DNA of 64,000 nt, taken from NCBI GenBank assembly GCA_024407725.1, contig JAKSVZ010000002.1:7403-71402 (forward strand). The letters run 5' to 3'. Below, in pieces: positions 57,041 through 64,000 of the stretch (positions are counted from its first letter, which is position 1; each line of letters begins with the position of its first letter). Source of the DNA: Opitutales bacterium (GTDB taxonomy: Bacteria; Verrucomicrobiota; Verrucomicrobiia; Opitutales; UBA9783). Both the position numbers and the translations under genes were made by a program. A model generated the notes under the pieces. The model was given only the letters and a program-made list of their open reading frames with translations, ran no database searches and was not told the origin of the DNA.

Positions 57041-58560
57041 CGTTTTTTCTGTAGATAGCGGTTCCATAAGGGTTGCAGGAGCGCAAAATACTTACGTTCT
57101 AACGTTAACAATCCCAGTCCATAGATCAACAGACTTACGCTGATAACACCCCCTAAATAAAGCGTATCATGTAGTTTATCGTAGGCCCAAGGAATTTGCC
57201 GATTAACAAAGACTAAGAATACCCCCAAAAGGATATTGCTGATCCAAGGAACTTGCAGCAGGGATCGATAGCTAACCTTCAAATTTGGGTATTGGTGCTG
57301 GATGCTGCGGATTTGTAGCCACAGCTGTAATCCATTGCTGACGACGGATGCCCAAACCAACCCAGGAACTTGAAAGAAGTGGGATAGCCCCAAAGCGCTG
57401 ATTAAATAGACAATGAAGGTAAAAAAGCTGATTTTTACCGGAATCATGGCTTCGTGATGGGCGTAAAAAATACGGGCGAATAGCGCGGTTAGTCCAAACA
57501 GGGGAAGTCCAATGGTAAAAATCCGCAACAGAGGAACCACCTGTTCAACCGATTGACTTGCAAAACGATTCCAGCAAAAGAACACATTAAGGATGGGGCT
57601 TGCTAAACACGCAAGGCCGATGGCTGATGGGATTAATAGCAACTGTAGCAGTTGAATATGATTGTGGAGCAATTGGTGGGTATGCTGCGCGTCTTTTTGA
57701 GCGATGGACAACGACAGTTTTGGAAGTAGGATGGAGATGATGGAAAAGGCAAACAGGCCTAACGGAAGCTCTAGGAAACGATTAGCAAGGTATAAGAACG
57801 AAACGCTGGTTGGGTCAATAGCATAGGCAAATAACCGTCCACAAAGGGCATTGATTTGGTAAATAGCGACCCCCAAAATGCTGGGGACAAATAGATGCCA
57901 TACTTCGGTAAAGCCCTCATCGGGTTCCCAACACCAGCTAAAAGGATAACCTTTGCGTTTGAGTTGCCCTTTGGGTAGAATCCATTGAAAAAATCCACCG
58001 ATTACAACGCTTAACGATAGCACCATCACCCATTGCATTGGGGTAGAATATAGCCCGCAACAAGCGATACCTAGAATCATGCTCAGATTGAGTAAAATAG
58101 GCGAAAAGGCTGTGATAGCAAAGGCATTTAATACGTTTAGAGCACCATTCAGTAAGGCTGCGGTACAAATGAACCATAGATAAGGCAGCATGAGGGTGGT
58201 TAATTCGCAAACCACATGCCATTTAGAACAGGATATGCCGCGCATCAATAACCGTAAAAAGATACCCACGCATACCGTTGAAACGCCTAAATACACACCG
58301 AATTTGGAGAAAAAAATGTTTAAAAATTTAGCGGCTGTGATGGGATGTTGCGCATAACGTTTAGAAAACACGGGGATAAACGCAGCGCTTAAGGCTCCTT
58401 CTCCGCAGAGTCGACGAAACAGATTAGGAATAGCAAACGCAATTAAAAATGCGGATGTTTCCATGGATGCTCCCAGCATGGAAAACAAGAGGATATCGCG
58501 CAAAAATCCTGAAATACGGGAGCAAAACGTCCCAGTAATCATTTTTAACAATGCGTGCAT
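57037..58560 (-). CDS. murJ: Lipid II flippase MurJ (MviN)
   Basis: 507 aa with ~14 TM segments. The N-terminal region SRISGFLRDILLFSMLGAS...AFAIPNLFRRL..EGALSAAFIPVF is MurJ-typical. Confidence 0.85.
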   Translation of the reverse strand: MHALLKMITGTFCSRISGFLRDILLFSMLGASMETSAFLIAFAIPNLFRRLCGEGALSAAFIPVFSKRYAQHPITAAKFLNIFFSKFGVYLGVSTVCVGIFLRLLMRGISCSKWHVVCELTTLMLPYLWFICTAALLNGALNVLNAFAITAFSPILLNLSMILGIACCGLYSTPMQWVMVLSLSVVIGGFFQWILPKGQLKRKGYPFSWCWEPDEGFTEVWHLFVPSILGVAIYQINALCGRLFAYAIDPTSVSFLYLANRFLELPLGLFAFSIISILLPKLSLSIAQKDAQHTHQLLHNHIQLLQLLLIPSAIGLACLASPILNVFFCWNRFASQSVEQVVPLLRIFTIGLPLFGLTALFARIFYAHHEAMIPVKISFFTFIVYLISALGLSHFFQVPGLVWASVVSNGLQLWLQIRSIQHQYPNLKVSYRSLLQVPWISNILLGVFLVFVNRQIPWAYDKLHDTLYLGGVISVSLLIYGLGLLTLERKYFALLQPLWNRYLQKKR

Positions 58561-59283
58561 TTAGCGTAATGAAAACAAATGTTTTTTCAAAATCCAGCCA
58601 TCTTCGCCGGTTAAGGTGCTGACAAAGTAGTAATCTGCCTGTTCAGCTTTAATCCAACAAAAGGTTCCTATAGGCCATTGATAACGCGTTGGGCTTTGAG
58701 TGCTGGGGGCAAAATACCCAGTGGTTTTTTCAGGCAATATGCACAAGGAGCGATAAGGAGCGTTAACCATTATCCCCATGCTTGTAGTTAAGCCTATACC
58801 TCCGAACAGGAGAGATAATGCCAAGCAATAAGTCCGTTTGTTGCCTAAAAAATAGAGCGTTAAAAATACAGCACAGACCCAAAAAGCACCTGCAGCGATC
58901 CATCGCCAAGCGGTATCGGTTAAAAACGTAAAGGCGTTATGATACCAAGGGAAGGTAGGGGGATATAAATCAGGGCATTCGGTATACACCTGCTGAATGG
59001 CTTGGCGATTAGCCTGCCACCGAGGATCGCACCGTTGAGCTTTTAGCAAGTAGGCTAAGGCCCATCCGTATTGACCGTTATGGGCATAGGCCTGTCCTAT
59101 ATTATGGTAAACTTGAGGGCTTTGACCGAACGCCAACGCCTGTTGATAGGATTCAATCGCCTGCTTAAAGTGCTGATGACTAAAGTGTTGATTGCCAGCC
59201 TGATACGCAGCTTCGGCTTCTGACCGGTTGATGGCAGACAACACACCCGGCAATAACAAAAGGAACAACAAATAAGGTTTCAT
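58561..59283 (-). CDS. batE: BatE-like protein (signal peptide, TPR, TM segments, C-terminal SH3-like)
   Basis: 240 aa and the last gene of the bat cluster. Has TPR-like repeats (YHNIGQAYAHNGQYGWALAYLLKA). The call rests on position and architecture. Confidence 0.6.
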   Translation of the reverse strand: MKPYLLFLLLLPGVLSAINRSEAEAAYQAGNQHFSHQHFKQAIESYQQALAFGQSPQVYHNIGQAYAHNGQYGWALAYLLKAQRCDPRWQANRQAIQQVYTECPDLYPPTFPWYHNAFTFLTDTAWRWIAAGAFWVCAVFLTLYFLGNKRTYCLALSLLFGGIGLTTSMGIMVNAPYRSLCILPEKTTGYFAPSTQSPTRYQWPIGTFCWIKAEQADYYFVSTLTGEDGWILKKHLFSLR

Positions 59284-61031
59284 CGGAGGGTATGAATAAG
59301 GTTTTTGATCGCATCTAAGGAATCGGGCATAGGTACATTGTGGCGCCCAAATTGTCCTTCTTGGTACCGTTGCTCTAAGGTACGCAACAACTGGATTTGG
59401 TCGGAACTTAATTGAGTCAGTTTCCCTCCCAATGCCGCTTCTAGTGAACTTCCGTTATGGGTGAGTTCGCATTCGATAAGCGCATGGGTAGTTGCGTAAA
59501 GGACTACGCTTTGTTGCTGTTGGAACGCCTGTTGAAGGTCTTGTTCCAATTGCGCAACGTTTTGCTTATAGTGCTTGTGCGTACGATGCGTTGGTTTTTG
59601 AATGCGTTTGTACAAGCAAATACTGGTGATGAACCCTAAGGCAAGCATCAGCTGGATAGGCCAAAACCAAGCAGTATGCGGATGAATCCATTGAGGGGTT
59701 CCGAGCACATTAGGATGGTCGAATGATGAACGATGAGGCGCTACCGGTTTGGGTTGAGGAGCTGCTTTTGTTTGAACGATGGGTTGTGCAGCAGCAACAA
59801 CTGGGGTTGGTTGTGAAGCGCGAATGGCAGGTTTAACCGATACGAATTGCCCTGCAGACTTGAGGGTTTGGTACTGCTTGGTTTCTGGGTTAAAGTAGCA
59901 AAATTCAACGGACGGCAAGGGTAAAGCGCCTTCTTTAAGCGGAACAACCGTGTAGGTAAATTGCATTACGCCTTGGTATCCATAGTCGTCTTTTGCATCA
60001 AAGACGGCTTTGGGGTCATACGCACGCCAAACAGTTGAGTCGTAGTGTAGTTGGGGGGCTTGGATGGCTGAAAAATTCCCCTTTCCGCTAATGCTCACCC
60101 TTAACGACACAGGTTCGTTTTGAATCCGTTCGTTTTCAATGATTTTTAAGGGTAATAGCGAAAATTGTCCTATGCCCTGTGAAAATTGCTGAGGAAGGGG
60201 TGTGGGCAACGGTAGCACTTCGACCGGAACGGATTCTGTGGTTATCTGCAGGGGTTCTAGTTTATGAACCCCAAGGCTTTGAAACATCGAAAATGCATCG
60301 GTTGGGTCATCGAACGGATTTCTGGATTTTACCACCTTATCCACTTGGATCACAATGGAAACTTGTAAGTTAGTTTTAGCCGGTTGAAATGCGGTTATAA
60401 GAGCCGGCCAAGTAAGCGTTAAGTAGGTTTGACCATTGATTGTGGTGGAGGATGTTTTGGGTTCATCCGGAAGCTTAAAGGCCGAAAATGCTTCGTTGGA
60501 GTGAGTCGGATAGGAGGCAATTTGACCATGAATATGCGGTTTAATGGCTAATTGCAGGTTCATCGGATAACATTGCCCCACATACCATTTGGTTGGCATG
60601 GGATGCGTGCAACGGAATTCAATGCCTTCTTGCCGAGCTACCGGAAGGGGTTCGTCGACCGAAAAGGTGATTTCCGGAATCGTAAATGATCCTTTGCTGC
60701 CCGTACAGTGAAACGAAGGAATGACAAACGTTCCTGGTTTTTTAGGGCGTAAACGGAAATGCAGAGCTTCTTCGTGCGTTTGCTTGCCGTTAATAAACAG
60801 CGTATTGATCGATTTACCTTCGTAATAGATTTCTAGATCTTTTACGGTTGGCAATTGGTACTGTAATTTCCCAATCGATTGATGAGCGGTAACGATTAAA
60901 AATATCGGTTGATGGAGCGCAGGACGCTCAGGTTCAATGCGCGTTGTAACCTCTAGGACTTTTTGTGTGTCTGCAAAAACAGCACATCCACAGCCGATTA
61001 ACGCTAGTATCCAAACGATAATTCGTTTCAT
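59280..61031 (-). CDS. batD: BatD-like oxygen-tolerance protein
   Basis: 583 aa with a signal peptide, a large periplasmic region, a TM near the C-terminal third and a cytoplasmic tail. Sits between the batC-like and batE-like genes with 4-nt overlaps. Confidence 0.65.
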   Translation of the reverse strand: MKRIIVWILALIGCGCAVFADTQKVLEVTTRIEPERPALHQPIFLIVTAHQSIGKLQYQLPTVKDLEIYYEGKSINTLFINGKQTHEEALHFRLRPKKPGTFVIPSFHCTGSKGSFTIPEITFSVDEPLPVARQEGIEFRCTHPMPTKWYVGQCYPMNLQLAIKPHIHGQIASYPTHSNEAFSAFKLPDEPKTSSTTINGQTYLTLTWPALITAFQPAKTNLQVSIVIQVDKVVKSRNPFDDPTDAFSMFQSLGVHKLEPLQITTESVPVEVLPLPTPLPQQFSQGIGQFSLLPLKIIENERIQNEPVSLRVSISGKGNFSAIQAPQLHYDSTVWRAYDPKAVFDAKDDYGYQGVMQFTYTVVPLKEGALPLPSVEFCYFNPETKQYQTLKSAGQFVSVKPAIRASQPTPVVAAAQPIVQTKAAPQPKPVAPHRSSFDHPNVLGTPQWIHPHTAWFWPIQLMLALGFITSICLYKRIQKPTHRTHKHYKQNVAQLEQDLQQAFQQQQSVVLYATTHALIECELTHNGSSLEAALGGKLTQLSSDQIQLLRTLEQRYQEGQFGRHNVPMPDSLDAIKNLIHTLR

Positions 61032-61032
61032 A

Positions 61033-61779
61033 TTACCAATCTTTTAGCACGGGTTCGTGGTTTTGGGGAGCCGAAAAATGTGCAGGGAACAATTTTTCAT
61101 TTTGTTGCTCTTGTTTTAGCAATAATTCACTGGTTTGCTGCTCTTCGTTGGGGCTTTGTTTTTGTTCGGCTTGATCTTCCTGAGGCGCTTGTTGAGGCTT
61201 GTTGGCCGCCGGCTCTTGAGCTTGTTCTTGCGGTTGCTGTTGCTGGTTTTGCCCCTCTTGCTGCTGCTGATTATCACGCGATGGGTTTTGTTGGTTCTTA
61301 TCCGAGGTGTTTTGTTGCTGATTATCCTGCTGCTGTTGTTGCTTGCTCTGTTCCTTTTTTAACTCCTCTAATAGCTTTTGTACCGTTGAACGATTGGCCT
61401 GAGCATCTTGAGCTGTTTTATCAAACGCCAAAGCGGAATCATAGGCCTGTAAGCTTTTTTCTAGCAATGCTATCTTAGCAGGTAATTGCCCCTGTAAGGA
61501 TTTTGCTTTTTCAAAATACGCATGTCCTAAGTTGTAAAAAATGTTCCCCTGCTTGTCCTTTTGCTGACACCGTTGAAGCGCTTGATGGTTCGCTGCTATG
61601 GCTTGGTCATATTGGGCGTTTTGGTCATAGGCACGTGCTAAGTTATAATGACATTTCCAGTCTTTGGGATGCGTTTGACATTGGCGCTGCAATGATTGCA
61701 GGTTCTGATCGCTCGTATCAGAAGCAGCAGCCCCTAGAGAGCAAGGCATCCATAACAGCCAATAATAATAACGTTTCAT
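61033..61779 (-). CDS. batC: BatC-like TPR protein with a Gln-rich low-complexity C-terminal half
   Basis: 248 aa with a signal peptide and TPR repeats (YNLARAYDQNAQYDQAIAANHQAL). Sits directly downstream of batB. Confidence 0.65.
   Translation of the reverse strand: MKRYYYWLLWMPCSLGAAASDTSDQNLQSLQRQCQTHPKDWKCHYNLARAYDQNAQYDQAIAANHQALQRCQQKDKQGNIFYNLGHAYFEKAKSLQGQLPAKIALLEKSLQAYDSALAFDKTAQDAQANRSTVQKLLEELKKEQSKQQQQQDNQQQNTSDKNQQNPSRDNQQQQEGQNQQQQPQEQAQEPAANKPQQAPQEDQAEQKQSPNEEQQTSELLLKQEQQNEKLFPAHFSAPQNHEPVLKDW
61099..61359 (-). repeat. Gln/Glu/Asn-rich low-complexity coding tract within batC
   Basis: Residues ~141-227 read KKEQSKQQQQQDNQQQNTSDKNQQNPSRDNQQQQEGQNQQQQPQEQAQEP... This tract generates the spurious antisense ORFs at 61080-61478 and 61135-61362. 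Confidence 0.85.
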
Positions 61780-62777
61780 GCGTGTTTACGGCTTCTTAAG
61801 GCATACAACAAAGGGTCAACGGCAAGCAAAATGAAAGTAGCCCATAAAAACCCACGGTACCGTTCAATCGGTTTCTTTTCGATACTTTCAAAATTTTCTT
61901 TAGGTAACTGTTTGAGGGCTAGGTCATAGATACGCTGTAATCCATCGCCTGCATTTCCCAGCGGCGCGTAAAACCCTCCAGTTGCCGATGCAATAGTTTT
62001 CAGGGTCTGTTCATCCAAATGTGTAATAAGGGTATTCCCCTGATCGTCCTTTTTGTAGGTTTGCGTTCCATTGGGAGCGTCGATCAGAATGCTTCCGCCT
62101 TGAGCCGTTCCAATACCAATCGTATGTACGACAATGCCCGCCTTTTTGAGTGTTTCGATGGCATGACCAACAGTTCCGCTTAAATCCTCACCGTCTGTAA
62201 TCAGCATAAGGTGTTTGTAGGGTGCTTGAGGATTAAAACACTTTTGGGCTAACAGTAACGGAGCGGATAGGTTGGTTCCTCCGTGTTGAATGGTATCGGT
62301 GTTAATGGCCTGCAAAGAGGCTTTGAATGCACCAAAGTCGGTTGTGGGTGGGCATTGGAGAAAGGCGCTACCTGCAAACGCAATCAATCCCACTTGACTA
62401 TCCTTGAGGGATTTTGAAAGGTCGAGGATGCTCATTTTGGCTAACTCCAAGCGATTAGGTCGAACATCGTTTGCGAGCATACTTTTGGACGTATCGAGCG
62501 CAAAAAGCATGGTAACGCCCCTATGCGGTATTTTTTCTAGTCGAAAACCCCATTGTGGGCGGGCGATTGCAAGGTCAAAACTTATGATTGCAAGCATCAA
62601 ACAGAACGTCCGAAGTGCTTGGCGAATCGGTTCATGAGGCGGAACAATCGCTTGGGTTGCGGCTCCCCAACGCGCCAAACGTTTACGTTGGGTATAGCGT
62701 TGGCTTAGCATCCATGCGCTGACGCACAGGCTGATCAATACGGCTAACAAGCCTAATTTAGGGGATGCAAAGGTCAT
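61776..62777 (-). CDS. batB: BatB-like von Willebrand factor A domain membrane protein
   Basis: 333 aa with N-terminal TM segments and the vWA MIDAS motif LFALDTSKSM. Confidence 0.8.
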   Translation of the reverse strand: MTFASPKLGLLAVLISLCVSAWMLSQRYTQRKRLARWGAATQAIVPPHEPIRQALRTFCLMLAIISFDLAIARPQWGFRLEKIPHRGVTMLFALDTSKSMLANDVRPNRLELAKMSILDLSKSLKDSQVGLIAFAGSAFLQCPPTTDFGAFKASLQAINTDTIQHGGTNLSAPLLLAQKCFNPQAPYKHLMLITDGEDLSGTVGHAIETLKKAGIVVHTIGIGTAQGGSILIDAPNGTQTYKKDDQGNTLITHLDEQTLKTIASATGGFYAPLGNAGDGLQRIYDLALKQLPKENFESIEKKPIERYRGFLWATFILLAVDPLLYALRSRKHA

Positions 62778-63718
62778 GATACAACGCGATAACGGTACAA
62801 ACGCAATACGGCTTCAGTTATTAATCCTAATGCAGCCAACAAAAGGAAGTATTGGAAATAATCGTTTTGGGTTTGATAATCTTCAGCGGCGTGTTTGCTG
62901 GTTTCCAGCGTATCGATTTCATGGTAAATCATACGCAGGGTTTTGAAATCATAGGCGCGATAGAATTTGCCTTGTGTGGTTTGAGCGATTGCCGACAAAA
63001 CCGATTCGTCGGCAGGTAGCACCTGATCATTGCCTACTAAAATGGTATAAATCTTAATATTGAAGCTTTTGGCCAATTTGGCGGCCATGGTTGGGGATAT
63101 CGTACCGCAATTGTTAACCCCGTCGGTGAGTAAAATGATAATCCGACTTTTGTGCGCTTGGTCTTTCATGCGGTTAATGCCCATGGAGATGGCGCTACCA
63201 ATAGCCGTTCCGTCTTCAATAAGTCCTGCCTTCAGCCGTTTCAGGTTATCCAGCAACCAATGATGCCGCAAGGTCAGGGGGCTTACCAAGTAAGGATAAC
63301 GGGCAAAAGAAATAAGTCCGATGCGATCATTGGGACGCTGACGGATAAATTCTTCAATAACGTTCTTAGCTGCTTGAATACGGGTGGTACGATTGCCAAG
63401 GGAAGATACAAAATCGGGAGCCAGCATGGAGGTGGATAAATCAAGCGCCAATAAGATATCGATGCCATTTTTTTCGCTATCGGTGTATAAGGTAACCATT
63501 TGCGGGCGAGCCAGTGCTAAGATGATACACCCCAACGATAAGGCGCGCGCCAACAGAGGGATTTTAACAGGGTTGGTGGATAAAGGAACCAGCGCTTGAG
63601 TGGATGCATGAGCGACAAAGCGTTTTGCGTGCCACGTACGTACAGCGTACCAATACCATACGGGAATCCATAGGAGGTTTAATAAAACCCAAAGGTGTTT
63701 GAAGGTAAAGGTGGTCAT
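62774..63718 (-). CDS. batA: BatA-like von Willebrand factor A domain membrane protein
   Basis: 314 aa with N-terminal TM segments, the vWA MIDAS motif LLALDLSTSM and a C-terminal TM. Confidence 0.8.
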   Translation of the reverse strand: MTTFTFKHLWVLLNLLWIPVWYWYAVRTWHAKRFVAHASTQALVPLSTNPVKIPLLARALSLGCIILALARPQMVTLYTDSEKNGIDILLALDLSTSMLAPDFVSSLGNRTTRIQAAKNVIEEFIRQRPNDRIGLISFARYPYLVSPLTLRHHWLLDNLKRLKAGLIEDGTAIGSAISMGINRMKDQAHKSRIIILLTDGVNNCGTISPTMAAKLAKSFNIKIYTILVGNDQVLPADESVLSAIAQTTQGKFYRAYDFKTLRMIYHEIDTLETSKHAAEDYQTQNDYFQYFLLLAALGLITEAVLRLYRYRVVS

Positions 63719-64000
63719 TACGATTTGGGTTGTTCCGATAAAAGTTCTGGATGCGCAAGCTTTTCTGATTTGTTTAGAATAAATTCAGCTTGCTGGAAAA
63801 GTTTCATGCGTTCGGAAGGCGTGCAGGGCAAGGTGGTAAATTTGATTAAGTCACACGCATGGCTAAATTGCGTAATCAACGTTCGTAATTCGTCATTGAG
63901 CCGTTCGCAATGTGGTAATTGCACCAAGAGCTCGTCGGTTGTACATTCCGGCGCAGGCAACTGAAAAGTTTGGGATAGGTACAAACGTAAGGCGTCGGAT
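63718..64000 (-). CDS. Hypothetical protein, C-terminal part only; the ORF stays open to the window end, immediately upstream of batA
   Basis: The frame has no stop between 63718 and 64000, and the track start at 63984 is only a TTG. It has a 1-nt overlap with the batA start. It occupies the slot of the small uncharacterised protein that precedes batA in bat operons. Confidence 0.45.
   Translation of the reverse strand, partial: SDALRLYLSQTFQLPAPECTTDELLVQLPHCERLNDELRTLITQFSHACDLIKFTTLPCTPSERMKLFQQAEFILNKSEKLAHPELLSEQPKS

Noticed and set aside
61080-61478. Plus-strand ORFs of 132 aa and 75 aa (61135-61362) rich in Leu, Phe and Ala
   Set aside because: They are antisense to the Gln-rich (CAG/CAA) low-complexity tract of batC. 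Repetitive codons remove stops on the opposite strand, so these are artefacts.

Overview
This is a 64-kb chromosomal window from a compact, moderately AT-rich diderm bacterium. Evidence for a diderm envelope: lpxA, a BamD-like lipoprotein, ExbB/ExbD and four beta-barrel OMP genes. I cannot assign a lineage from the sequence alone. Most of the window is housekeeping: hppA (partial, absent from the ORF track), a topoisomerase III-like gene, ald, two M16 peptidases, trxA, a SIS-domain gene, infA, bioY, a 5'-3' exonuclease, a Vat-type acetyltransferase, rpsO-pnp, plsY, leuS, ruvC, thrS, dnaE, acpS, prfB, exbBD, rpmF-plsX-fabH, an nhaC-like gene, trmB, mnmE-mnmG, a folE-folB fusion, a SEDS gene, rng, lpxA, murJ and a batA-E aerotolerance operon. 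There are also tRNA-Pro(CGG) and tRNA-Leu(UAA). I found no transposase, integrase, phage genes or CRISPR array. The parts worth a second look are: (1) a low-GC tandem array of three radical-SAM/SPASM-like paralogs of unknown substrate, next to an FkbM methyltransferase. (2) A duplication scar inside that array: a 209-nt perfect repeat, a truncated 44-codon ORF and a decayed rSAM fragment. (3) Two ORF-free regions of about 1 kb (9464-10425 and 21764-22758). Together they carry five near-consensus sigma70-type promoters with exact 17-nt spacers and a small family of related non-coding elements, so they are candidate unannotated ncRNAs. (4) Possible contingency loci at OMP genes: a G12 tract abutting one start codon and a 14-bp x3.6 tandem repeat containing another start codon. 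(5) A near-perfect copy of the mnmG 3' end plus terminator after a diverged OMP paralog. (6) Smaller oddities, including the FolE-FolB fusion, an IF-1 with a 35-aa tail and a ThrRS without a TGS domain. All functional calls rest on motifs I recognised by eye. No database search was run.
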